The notes under the pieces were generated by a model. It saw only the letters and a list, made by a program, of their open reading frames with translations, had not been told where the DNA came from and did not search any database. Of a stretch of 50,834 nt of DNA, positions 38,018 to 46,324 are shown piece after piece. Origin of the DNA: a bacterium (GTDB lineage Bacteria > Krumholzibacteriota > Krumholzibacteriia > LZORAL124-64-63). The translations under genes were made by a program, and so were the position numbers. The stretch spans positions 1 through 50,834 of the forward strand of contig JANOEP010000041.1 of assembly GCA_031441465.1 (NCBI GenBank), read 5' to 3'. Within the stretch, counting starts at the first letter, position 1. Every line of letters begins with the position of its first letter.

Positions 38018-38620
38018 ATGTCCGGACGCGAGATCATCCTCACCGCCGTCCTGATGATCGGCGGCGCCGCGGTCGCCCACGCCGCGGACTACGTGCTGAC
38101 CCCCGGCGCCGGATCCACCGTGAGCTTCGAGTCGAAAGCGCCCGTGGAATCCTTCCGCGGTGAGACGCACACCATCAACGGTCGCTTCAGCGCGGATCTC
38201 GACAGCCTGGCCGGCGAGGTTGCGGTGACGGTGGAAGTGGACCTCGCTTCCCTCGACACCGGGATCGGTCTGCGCAACAAGCACATGCGCGAGAACCACC
38301 TCGAGACCGACCGCTTCCCGCAGGCCGTGTTCCGCGGCGCGCGCATCCTCGAGGCCGCGCCGGCCTCGCTGCTCCCGGGCGGCGCCTGCGAGATCACCCT
38401 GGTGGGCGAGCTCGACCTGCATGGCGTCGTGAAGCCCTTGACCCTCCGCGCCAAGCTGGCCCTGTCGCTGGATGGCGTGCTGACGGTCACGGCCGACTTC
38501 CCCGTGCGCCTGTCCGACCACGCGATCCCGCGCCCCGGCTTCCTGACGATGAAGCTGGCGGACGAGCAGCGCGTCAGCCTGCACCTGGAGGCGCGGCCCG
38601 CCGCCGAGACCGCACCATGA
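38018..38620 (+). CDS. YceI-family periplasmic lipid/isoprenoid-binding protein
   Basis: STVSFESKAP, SLDTGIGLRNKHM, FPQAVF, GELDLHGVVKP. Confidence 0.9.
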   Translation: MSGREIILTAVLMIGGAAVAHAADYVLTPGAGSTVSFESKAPVESFRGETHTINGRFSADLDSLAGEVAVTVEVDLASLDTGIGLRNKHMRENHLETDRFPQAVFRGARILEAAPASLLPGGACEITLVGELDLHGVVKPLTLRAKLALSLDGVLTVTADFPVRLSDHAIPRPGFLTMKLADEQRVSLHLEARPAAETAP

Positions 38621-39030
38621 CCATCCGTCGTCCAAGCGCGATCATCGCCGCCGCCGGCCTGGCGCTGCTCGTCGGGTGCGCGGACGAGGGTGCCGATCCC
38701 ATCTCCCCCGGCGGCAGCGGCGACATCTACTACGCCCGCGACATCCAGCCGCTGTGGGACCGGGACTGCACGGGTTGCCATGTCGCGGGCGGCGAGGCAG
38801 GGCTCGACCTGAGCGCCGGGCACAGCCATGCCGACCTGGTGGGCGTGCCGGCCGCCGGGTACGCGGCGGATCGCGTAGCGGCCGGTGATCCCGCTGCGTC
38901 GGTGCTGTACGGGAAGCTGACCGACACGGGTCAATTCGGCGGCCCGATGCCGGACGGGGGGCCCGCCTTGAGCACGGCCGATCTGGAGCTCGTGCGCCGC
39001 TGGATCGCCGACGGCGCGCGCGACGACTAG
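38617..39030 (+). CDS. Monoheme c-type cytochrome lipoprotein (planctomycete cytochrome c-like domain)
   Basis: Lipobox LVGC; DIQPLW..CTGCH...GLDL...MP...WIADGA. Confidence 0.82.
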   Translation: MTIRRPSAIIAAAGLALLVGCADEGADPISPGGSGDIYYARDIQPLWDRDCTGCHVAGGEAGLDLSAGHSHADLVGVPAAGYAADRVAAGDPAASVLYGKLTDTGQFGGPMPDGGPALSTADLELVRRWIADGARDD

Positions 39031-39055
39031 CCGGCAGGGACGACCTCCATCACGC

Positions 39056-39922
39056 TCACGATGTGAACGCGCCGCCCGCCCACGCCAACACCTTCACGAA
39101 CGCCGCCGCCGCCAATCCGGCCACGAACAGGCAACGACCCGCCCGCCACCACGCGCGGATCCTCCGGACGCGGAGCGGCGCCTCCTGCGGGAGCGCGCGC
39201 GACAGCGACGGCACGCCCAGCGCATCGCACAGCAGCCAATAGGCGTCGGTGCGCGCGAAGGGCTGCGCGTTCCAGGCGACCGCGGTCACGATCGCGCCGC
39301 CGGCCCACAGCAGATCCGGCCGGTGCCACCACCGCCCCGCGCAGAGCAGCAGCCCTCCCAGCGGCAGTTGCACGGCGACGCCGGCGACGTCCACCCGCAG
39401 GCGGTCGCGCGTCGGCAGGAGCGCCGCCTCGGTCACGTCGCACCACAACACCGGCACCACCCACAGCAGACCGGCGCCGACGGCGCCCGCGCGGCCGCCG
39501 CCCCGGTGCAGGGCCGCCGCGTGCCCCAGTTCGTGCCCCAGGGCGACCAGCACGACGACCGTCGCGGCGAGCAGCGCCTGCGGCCAGCCGAGCGGAGCGG
39601 CGCGCCCCCCGCGGTCGGGCAACATCGCCGCCAGGACGCAGAGCAGCAGGCCGGCGGCCGCGGACGAGATCAGCGCCGGCCACCCGGTCGCCGGAGCCAG
39701 GCCGCCGGCCAGCGCCTGCACGATGCGCGCGGGCAGCAGCGTCGCGCGCAGCCGGGAGCGTCGCGGGCGCGGCGCGGCGTCGAGCAGGGCGCCGAGGTGG
39801 TCGGGGTCGCCGCCATCGCGCGCACGCCGCGCCAGATCCGCGGGCAGCGTGTAGCGGCGCCCGCCGCGGCGCAGGAGCCAACGCCCGTCGGGCAGCGCTT
39901 CGAATTCTGGAGCGGCGCTCAC
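39056..39922 (-). CDS. M50-family membrane zinc peptidase, YydH-like
   Basis: HELGH; G.GLLWVVPVLWCDVT...RLRVDVAG; NAQPFARTDAYWLLCD; GTGA overlap with the upstream gene. Confidence 0.8.
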   Translation of the reverse strand: MSAAPEFEALPDGRWLLRRGGRRYTLPADLARRARDGGDPDHLGALLDAAPRPRRSRLRATLLPARIVQALAGGLAPATGWPALISSAAAGLLLCVLAAMLPDRGGRAAPLGWPQALLAATVVVLVALGHELGHAAALHRGGGRAGAVGAGLLWVVPVLWCDVTEAALLPTRDRLRVDVAGVAVQLPLGGLLLCAGRWWHRPDLLWAGGAIVTAVAWNAQPFARTDAYWLLCDALGVPSLSRALPQEAPLRVRRIRAWWRAGRCLFVAGLAAAAFVKVLAWAGGAFTS

Positions 39923-41028
39923 CCCGCCGCGACCAGATCGGCCAGCCCGATCGTCGCGAGGCGCCGGGCGTGGCCCGCCGTCCAGCGCCGGCCGCAGAGG
40001 GCGCGCAGTTCGGTCAGGGTCGGCGTCGTGGCCCGCAACAGGTCGAGCGCCGCGTCGCGCAAACCCTCGGCGGCGTAGAACGCCTCTCCCTGAGGATCGG
40101 CGAGGATGTCCGGTTCCCAAACCTCCACGCCCGGTCGCAGCGCGAGCCGCACGAGGTCCGGCCCGTGCGCGAGGGCGTCAAGGAACAAGGCCTCGCGCCG
40201 ACGCAGCTCCTGCGGATCGACCGCGAGCCGATCGTGCGCGAAGCACGCGCTCGCGGCGCCCAGCATCCCCCAGGCCGACCACTGCTCGGGCGAGCGGCGC
40301 ACTTCGGCGAAGAGCCAGTCGTACAGCCGGGTCGTGATCGTCTCCGGATCGGCGTCCGCCGGCCACGGCGCCGGCGCGCCGGCCTCCCAGAGCAGCAACC
40401 CGTCCGGCCGCCAGCGCACGGTCAGGGCGTGCACGGGGCACTTCGCGTGGCCGAGCAGCCGCCCCAACCCGGTGCGGACGCGCAGGTCGCGGCCCGGCAA
40501 CCTGTACGTCAGGCCGCGGTCGCGCGTGGCCGCCATGCCGCCCTCGCCGCTGTTGCCGTCCAGGAACACCAGCACCGGGCGCCCCGCCCGCAGGCAGCGC
40601 AGCAGGCGGCCCGCGAACGCCGGCCGGTCCGTCACGAGCCACTCGGGCTCCCCGGTCAAGCCCAGCGCCCGGCGCTGCCGGTCGGCGTCGGCGCGCAGGC
40701 GGTCGTGGGCTGCGCGGTCCAGCAGCACCACCGGCGACAGGCCGAGATCCAGGTACAGGCCGGGGATCAGCGAGTACGGGCCGAGGTGCAGCCCGAGCAC
40801 CAGGCCGCGGTGCAGCTCGCGATGGGAGGACAGGAACGAACGGGCCTCGGCGCGCAGTCGGCGGTGGTCCCCCGAACCATCGCGCAGCACCCGGCGCGCG
40901 TGCTCGTCGCAAGTGCGCCGGCCGGATTCCAGGGCGAGCAGGGTGGCGGCGCCGGCTCCCGGCTCGAGGGCCTGGAGGTTCCAGAGATCCCAGCGGCGGC
41001 GCGGCGACGGGCTGTGCGCGAGCGGCAT
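39919..41028 (-). CDS. LpxL/LPLAT-superfamily acyltransferase-like protein with an extra C-terminal domain
   Basis: LVLGLHLGPY, LRCLRAGRPVLVFLDG, RVRTGLGRL...CPV, EVRRSPEQW.W; GGAGG RBS. Confidence 0.72.
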   Translation of the reverse strand: MPLAHSPSPRRRWDLWNLQALEPGAGAATLLALESGRRTCDEHARRVLRDGSGDHRRLRAEARSFLSSHRELHRGLVLGLHLGPYSLIPGLYLDLGLSPVVLLDRAAHDRLRADADRQRRALGLTGEPEWLVTDRPAFAGRLLRCLRAGRPVLVFLDGNSGEGGMAATRDRGLTYRLPGRDLRVRTGLGRLLGHAKCPVHALTVRWRPDGLLLWEAGAPAPWPADADPETITTRLYDWLFAEVRRSPEQWSAWGMLGAASACFAHDRLAVDPQELRRREALFLDALAHGPDLVRLALRPGVEVWEPDILADPQGEAFYAAEGLRDAALDLLRATTPTLTELRALCGRRWTAGHARRLATIGLADLVAAG

Positions 41029-41057
41029 GGTTCGTCCTCCGGGGCCGGAACCGGGTC

Positions 41058-41090
41058 GGCCCGTCCGTCGCCGGCCGCGGCGGACGGGCC
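41058..41090 (-). terminator. GC-rich stem-loop between the peptide gene and the acyltransferase gene (attenuator or mRNA stabiliser)
   Basis: ggcccgtccgtcgc-cggcc-gcggcggacgggcc. Confidence 0.55.
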
Positions 41091-41126
41091 CGTGTCAGCG
41101 GTGGCCGGAACTCCGGCGACCGGGGC

Positions 41127-41318
41127 TCAGGGCCCCCCGATGGCGTCGTCGACGGCTTCGGGGTACTTCTCCAGCTTGCACTGGCAGAAGTTGTTGCAGC
41201 AGCCGCCGTCGCCCACGTCGTCGCCGAGCAGGGGGCTGGTCTCGAGGCGTTCCTCGAGTTCCTCGATCCCGAGCCGGGCGAGCGCCGTCGGGGCGTCACG
41301 GTTCTTCGTTTCGGTCAT
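41127..41318 (-). CDS. 63-aa putative RiPP precursor: MTETKNRDAPTALARLGIEELEERLETSPLLGDDVGDGGCCNNFCQCKLEKYPEAVDDAIGGP
   Basis: Perfect Shine-Dalgarno AAGGAGGTGA just before ATG; typical GC3 codon usage; leader-like acidic helix followed by a Cys-rich segment. Confidence 0.75.
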   Translation of the reverse strand: MTETKNRDAPTALARLGIEELEERLETSPLLGDDVGDGGCCNNFCQCKLEKYPEAVDDAIGGP

Positions 41319-41374
41319 CGTCACCTCCTTCGTGGTCACGCATCGTTCTGTCGGATCGCGACGACCGGCCCGGG

Positions 41375-41390
41375 GCAAGCGCGGCACCAA
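41375..41390 (-). promoter_or_regulatory. Possible sigma54 promoter for the peptide operon
   Basis: Minus strand ttGGtgccgcgcTTGC, GG-N10-GC spacing, about 57 nt upstream of ATG 41318. Confidence 0.4.
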
Positions 41391-41645
41391 CTCAACGTGC
41401 AGCCGAGGATCGGTCGCAGGTGGCGGCGAGGACCGGAATCGGGATCCCCGCGCCGAGCGAAGGCCCTCGCGGGACGACTGCGGCAGCGGACACGACGGCC
41501 CGGCCTCGTCAACGAAGGGAGACGTGGTTCCCGTCGGCGCGGGATTCCGGGCCGGTCGACGACCGGACGGCGGGTGACGCCCGTGTCGGGGGCTGCTATA
41601 TTGCGACCGCCCGCCTCCGGAAGTCCGTCCTCGAGGAGAACCCGC

Positions 41646-42752
41646 GTGCGCCTGCACCGACATCTCGGCCTGATGTACGGCATCCTCGTGGCGCTGATCG
41701 TCGTGATCGGGGCGTGGTGGGTCTACTACCTGACCCGCGAGGGCCACCATTACGAGAGCTACCAGCTCCAGCGCTACCGCACCGACCAGATGCACGCGGT
41801 CTACATCCTCGAGACGGTGCCCGAGGCGCGGGACGACCCGTCCACGATGCTGGGCCGCGCCTTCCCGCACCTCCTCTTCCAGAAGACCGACAAGGGTTGG
41901 GAGGTGGGCATCGACCCGGCGGCGGTCGCCGACGTCCAGAAGGAGGCGGCGCGGCGCCGGCGCATGTTCATGACCGAGGGCGTGGTGTTCCTGCTGCTGC
42001 TGGCCGCGGGCACGACCATCCTGACCCTGGCCTCGCGGCGGGAGCGCGACTTCAAGCGGGCGCGCGAGCTGTTCCTGGCCGGAGCGACGCACGAGTTCAA
42101 GACGCCGCTGGCGAGCATCCGCCTGTACACCGAGACCCTGCAGCGGCCCGACCTGCCGCCGGACGCCGGCCTGCGCATCCGCGGCGCGATGCTCCAGGAC
42201 GTCGAGCGGCTCGAGGCGATGATGGAGCAGGTGCTGTCGGTGAGCCGCGACGAGGATCACCTGCGCGGCATGCGCGAGACGATCGACCTCGCGGACGTCA
42301 CCCGCGACGTGCTGGAGACCATGGGCGCGTTCCTCGTGGATCGCGGCGCCCGTCTGGAGGTCGACGTGCCCGAGGGCCACCTCGTGGTCGGCGACCGCCA
42401 GGCGCTGCGCGTGGCGGTGCGCAACCTCGTCCACAACGCGGTCCTCTACAGCCCGCCGCCGGCGCAGGTCTCCGTGACGCTGTACCGGGACGGCAACCGG
42501 CACCGCCTGACCGTGCGCGACCGCGGGCCGGGCATCCCCCGCCGCGAACAGAAGCGCGTCTTCGACAGCTTCTACCGGGCCGAGACCGGCGCCGGCTCCC
42601 TGAACGAACGGCCGCGCGGCTCGGGGCTCGGCCTGTACCTGGTCCAGCGCAACCTCGAGAGCCTGGGCGGCCGCGTGGAACTGGAGAGCGAGGAGGGGCG
42701 CGGGGCGGCCTTCACCCTGGTGCTGCCCGTCTTCGAGGAGGAATCGCGATGA
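41646..42752 (+). CDS. Membrane sensor histidine kinase
   Basis: Two TM helices; ATHEFKTPLASI H-box; NLVHNAVLY, DRGPGI, GSGLGL; GAGGAG RBS. Confidence 0.92.
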   Translation: MRLHRHLGLMYGILVALIVVIGAWWVYYLTREGHHYESYQLQRYRTDQMHAVYILETVPEARDDPSTMLGRAFPHLLFQKTDKGWEVGIDPAAVADVQKEAARRRRMFMTEGVVFLLLLAAGTTILTLASRRERDFKRARELFLAGATHEFKTPLASIRLYTETLQRPDLPPDAGLRIRGAMLQDVERLEAMMEQVLSVSRDEDHLRGMRETIDLADVTRDVLETMGAFLVDRGARLEVDVPEGHLVVGDRQALRVAVRNLVHNAVLYSPPPAQVSVTLYRDGNRHRLTVRDRGPGIPRREQKRVFDSFYRAETGAGSLNERPRGSGLGLYLVQRNLESLGGRVELESEEGRGAAFTLVLPVFEEESR

Positions 42753-43438
42753 AACGGCGCATCCTGGTGGTGGAGGACGACGAGCACCTGGCCGACGGCA
42801 TGCGGCTGAACCTGGAGCTGGAGGGCTACGAGCCGGTCGTGGCCGTGTCGGCGGAGGAGGGGCTGAACTACTGGAAGCGCGGCGGCGTGGACCTCGTGCT
42901 GCTGGACGTGATGCTGCCCGGCATGGACGGCTTCGCGTTCTGCAGGAAGATCCGCGAGGAGGGCGACCGCGTGCCGGTCCTGTTCCTGACCGCGCGCGGC
43001 CGCGACGACGACCGCGTCCGCGGCCTGGAGATGGGCGGCGACGACTACATCACCAAGCCGTTCAACCTGAGGGAGCTGCTGGCCCGCATCAAGGGCATCT
43101 TCCGCCGCGAGGAGTGGCGCCGCGAGACCACGGCGCCGGACACGCTGGAGATCGGCGACTCGGTCGTCGACCTGCGATCGCTGACCGTCACCAACCCCCG
43201 CGGCGTCCACGCGTTGAAGGACAAGGAAGCCATGATCCTGCGCGTGCTCGCCGAGAAGGACGGCGAGCCGGTGGCGCGCCGCACGCTCCTGGACCGCATC
43301 TGGGGCTACGACGCCTACCCGACCACACGCACGGTCGACAATTTCATCCTGAACCTGCGCAAGATCATCGAGACGGATCCCGGCAGCCCGGCGCACATCC
43401 TCACCGTGCACGGCACGGGCTACCGCCTGGCGCGCTGA
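42749..43438 (+). CDS. OmpR-family response regulator
   Basis: ILVVEDD, LLDVMLPGMDG, DDYITKPF, TRTVDNFI, TVHGTGYR. Confidence 0.95.
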   Translation: MKRRILVVEDDEHLADGMRLNLELEGYEPVVAVSAEEGLNYWKRGGVDLVLLDVMLPGMDGFAFCRKIREEGDRVPVLFLTARGRDDDRVRGLEMGGDDYITKPFNLRELLARIKGIFRREEWRRETTAPDTLEIGDSVVDLRSLTVTNPRGVHALKDKEAMILRVLAEKDGEPVARRTLLDRIWGYDAYPTTRTVDNFILNLRKIIETDPGSPAHILTVHGTGYRLAR

Positions 43439-43454
43439 CCTCCGGCCGGACCCT

Positions 43455-45164
43455 TCAGCGGACCAGGGCCAGCCGCCGGACCACGATCGCCTCATCTCCC
43501 GCGAGACGCAGCAGGTACGTCCCGCTCGGCGCCTCCCGGCCGTCGGCGGTCCGACCGTCCCAGCGCAACACGTGCTCACCGGCGGCGGCGGGTCCGTCGG
43601 CGAGCGTCGCGATCCTGCGGCCGCGCAGGTCGTGCACCGTCGCGATCAGGAATTGGGCGCGTGCGAGTCTCACCGTGGCCGCCGTCGAGGGATTGCAGGG
43701 ATTCGGCTCGAGACGGGTCAGCTCGAGGCCGGTGGAAACGGACGCGGGGCCGGCCCGGGCGGGACCGTACCAACCGGATGTCCCGGCACCCAATCCCTCG
43801 AGCCAGTAGTCGGCCGTCGCCGCCGGCGGGTCGACGTCCACCCACCCCGGCGCGGAATCGCACAGCAGCGGCGCCGCGGTCAACCGCAACCGTCCGCCGC
43901 CCGGCGTCTCGCGCCAGACGTGGAGGCTGCCGACCTCCTCGCACGCGCGCACCAGCCATTCGAGGCGCACGACCGCACCCGCGCGCGTCGCCGTGAATTC
44001 GTCCAGGACGAGCGGCGTGGTCGTGTCGGGGATCAGCCCGCCCACGATCTTCTCGGCCGCCGGGTTGGCCGAGGTGAGGATGGCGTCCAGGGCGAACCAT
44101 CCGTCGTCGGCGCCACCCCAACCGTAGTTGATGTGGATCAGCGGGATCCCGTCGATTTCCTGCCAGCCGTCGCAGACCATGGTGTGGATGGTGGAGGCGT
44201 AGAGCAGAGGCAGGCCGGCGTCGAGATCGGCGCGGATCGTGTCGAACCAGGTCTGGTCGCTCAGGCGGAAGCGCGACGTCTCGCGCGCCGTCGCGGCGTA
44301 GCGGAATTTCTGGACCATCGCCAGTCGCGCCGCGGAGAGCGAGGCGCCCGTGCCGCAGAAACTGAAATCGGCGCCGCACGCCAGGGCGGTCTCGAAGCAG
44401 AGTTCGGATACGGCGTCCCGCACCGCCTGCGGGTCGCCGGCGGCGGCGGCATCGGGCATGGCGTCCCAGTCGTAGGGATCGGTGAAGTCGGCCCGCAGCG
44501 TGTCGCCGGGCGACGCGCCCCCGCACCGGGTGTCCCCCGCCCACCAGCGTGCGATCGCACCCCGGCCCCGCGGCGGCCAGCTGTGGTGGCGCATGACCTG
44601 CGCGACGGCCAGGGGCGTGCAACCCACGAAGGTCTGCGCGCCGTCGCCCTGCGGGCAATCGTCGTTGTAGGGAGAGCCCTGCGCCCAGGCGGAGGCGAGC
44701 AGGGGGCTGATGCCCGCGGTCGCGACAGCCGCTTTCGTGCTCAGCGCACGCCAGGCGGGATGCTCGCCGAGTGCCGCGGGTCCGGCGCGCGTCAGCAAGG
44801 AGGTACGATCGGCCAGATCGTCCCTCGCCACCGCCGCCGCGCCGCCCGTCGCCTCCGGATCGAACACGCCGCGCTCCGACCAGGCCTTCACGGGCGCCAA
44901 CTCGCGCCGCGCGGGCACCAGGATCCAGCCCTGCGGGGCCAGACGGACGATCCAGCCGATCGTCGCGCCGTCTCGGTCGAGAGCCGCGACCTCGCCCACG
45001 ACGGCCCCGACGCCGGACGTCGGCGCCGCGTCCCGGCCCGTCACGATCTCCAGCCAGCGGGCCGCGATCGCCCCCGCGTCGTCGCGGGTGACGGGCGCCG
45101 CGGCGTGCGCGGCCGTGCAGATCGCGAACAAGGCCGAGATGCAACATTGCCGGATGCGGATCAT
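43455..45164 (-). CDS. Secreted C10-family (streptopain-like) cysteine protease with propeptide and FlgD-Ig tail
   Basis: WAQGSPYN..CP, VGCTPLAVAQVM, HTMVCDG, HINYGWGG; PNPCNP...SGTYLLRL. Confidence 0.88.
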   Translation of the reverse strand: MIRIRQCCISALFAICTAAHAAAPVTRDDAGAIAARWLEIVTGRDAAPTSGVGAVVGEVAALDRDGATIGWIVRLAPQGWILVPARRELAPVKAWSERGVFDPEATGGAAAVARDDLADRTSLLTRAGPAALGEHPAWRALSTKAAVATAGISPLLASAWAQGSPYNDDCPQGDGAQTFVGCTPLAVAQVMRHHSWPPRGRGAIARWWAGDTRCGGASPGDTLRADFTDPYDWDAMPDAAAAGDPQAVRDAVSELCFETALACGADFSFCGTGASLSAARLAMVQKFRYAATARETSRFRLSDQTWFDTIRADLDAGLPLLYASTIHTMVCDGWQEIDGIPLIHINYGWGGADDGWFALDAILTSANPAAEKIVGGLIPDTTTPLVLDEFTATRAGAVVRLEWLVRACEEVGSLHVWRETPGGGRLRLTAAPLLCDSAPGWVDVDPPAATADYWLEGLGAGTSGWYGPARAGPASVSTGLELTRLEPNPCNPSTAATVRLARAQFLIATVHDLRGRRIATLADGPAAAGEHVLRWDGRTADGREAPSGTYLLRLAGDEAIVVRRLALVR

Positions 45165-45382
45165 GGGCGGCCTCGCGTGGTGTGTTGGCGCGCAACGTCT
45201 TGTCCGGCAACGTGCCGGACACCCGAGCCGCGAATCGTGCGCTGCGGGACTTCCCCCCTTGCAGTCCCCGTACCGGAGCGGCAAGATTTCGGCGGACATG
45301 ACGTCTCCATGACACAAACCACACCCACGGTTCCTAGATTTGGCCGCGGCGATGGAAATCCGGCGAGCGGCGAGGAGGCGAC

Positions 45383-46324
45383 GTGAATCCTGGCGACGGC
45401 ACCGACATCATCCGCATCGGCACCCGCGGCAGCGAGCTGGCCCTGTGGCAGGCCCACCACATCCAGGATCTGCTCGGCGCGCTCGGCACGCAGACCTCCC
45501 TGACGATCATCAAGACGCAGGGCGACCGCATCGACGACGTGCCGCTGTCCCAGCTCGAGGGCAAGGGCTTCTTCACGAAGGAACTCGAGGACGCCCAGCT
45601 CGACGGCCGCGTCGACCTGGCCGTGCACTCGATGAAGGACCTCGCGACCGGGATGCCGGCGGGCCTGACGCTGGCCGCCCTGGTCGGCCGCGAGGACCCG
45701 CGCGAGGCCCTGCTGGTGCGGCCCGCCTGCGTGGACGGGGACCGCCTCGCGGCCGGCGAGCTGCTCCCGCTGCGGGACGGCGCGTGCGTCGGCACCAGCG
45801 CGGCCCGGCGCCAGGCCCAGCTGCGCGACCTGCGCCCCGACCTCGTGATCGCCGACCTGCGCGGCAACGTGCCCACGCGCGTGCGCAAGCTGCGCGACGG
45901 GCAGTACGACGCGATCCTGCTGGCGCGCGCGGGCGTGCTGCGCCTGAAACTCGACCTGGACGATCTCTGCGTGTTGCCGCTGGAGGTGGACGACTTCGTG
46001 CCCGCCCCCGCCCAAGGCATGCTCGCCCTGCAGTGCCGCGACGAACCGCGCCTGCGCGACCTCGTGCACCGCCTGCACTGCGAGCCGGACGGCCGCGCCG
46101 TCGCGGTGGAGCGCGCCCTGCTCGAGCGCCTCGACGGCGGCTGCCAGCTGCCCTTCGGCGTGAACGTGCGCCGGTTCGGCGAGGGGTTCCGGCTGAGCGC
46201 CTTCTGGAGCCCGCGCGACGGCGTCGGCGCGCCGCTGCACCTGCGTCTGGACGGGCCCGACCCCGAGGCCCTGGGCGACGAGGCGCTGCGCCGGATCCGG
46301 GACCGTGAGGGGAAACCGGCATGA
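45383..46324 (+). CDS. hemC: Hydroxymethylbilane synthase
   Basis: IGTRGSELALWQ, KGFFTKELE, AVHSMKD, RGNVPTR, GGCQLP. Confidence 0.95.
   Translation: MNPGDGTDIIRIGTRGSELALWQAHHIQDLLGALGTQTSLTIIKTQGDRIDDVPLSQLEGKGFFTKELEDAQLDGRVDLAVHSMKDLATGMPAGLTLAALVGREDPREALLVRPACVDGDRLAAGELLPLRDGACVGTSAARRQAQLRDLRPDLVIADLRGNVPTRVRKLRDGQYDAILLARAGVLRLKLDLDDLCVLPLEVDDFVPAPAQGMLALQCRDEPRLRDLVHRLHCEPDGRAVAVERALLERLDGGCQLPFGVNVRRFGEGFRLSAFWSPRDGVGAPLHLRLDGPDPEALGDEALRRIRDREGKPA

Noticed and set aside
40106..43438. 1110-aa ORF suggesting a giant response-regulator fusion
   Set aside because: Only 42749..43438 is regulator sequence, with its own RBS and ATGA coupling; the rest overlaps other genes. The same applies to 46571..49312 (hemL starts at 48029) and 25415..28069.
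41646..43438. Two-component system as the dedicated regulator of the peptide operon
   Set aside because: Only adjacency supports it. An OmpR-type regulator would not activate the candidate sigma54 promoter, and I could not identify a binding site. Left unassigned.
45165..45382. Absence of hemA upstream of hemC
   Set aside because: hemA is often encoded elsewhere, so absence from this window is uninformative.
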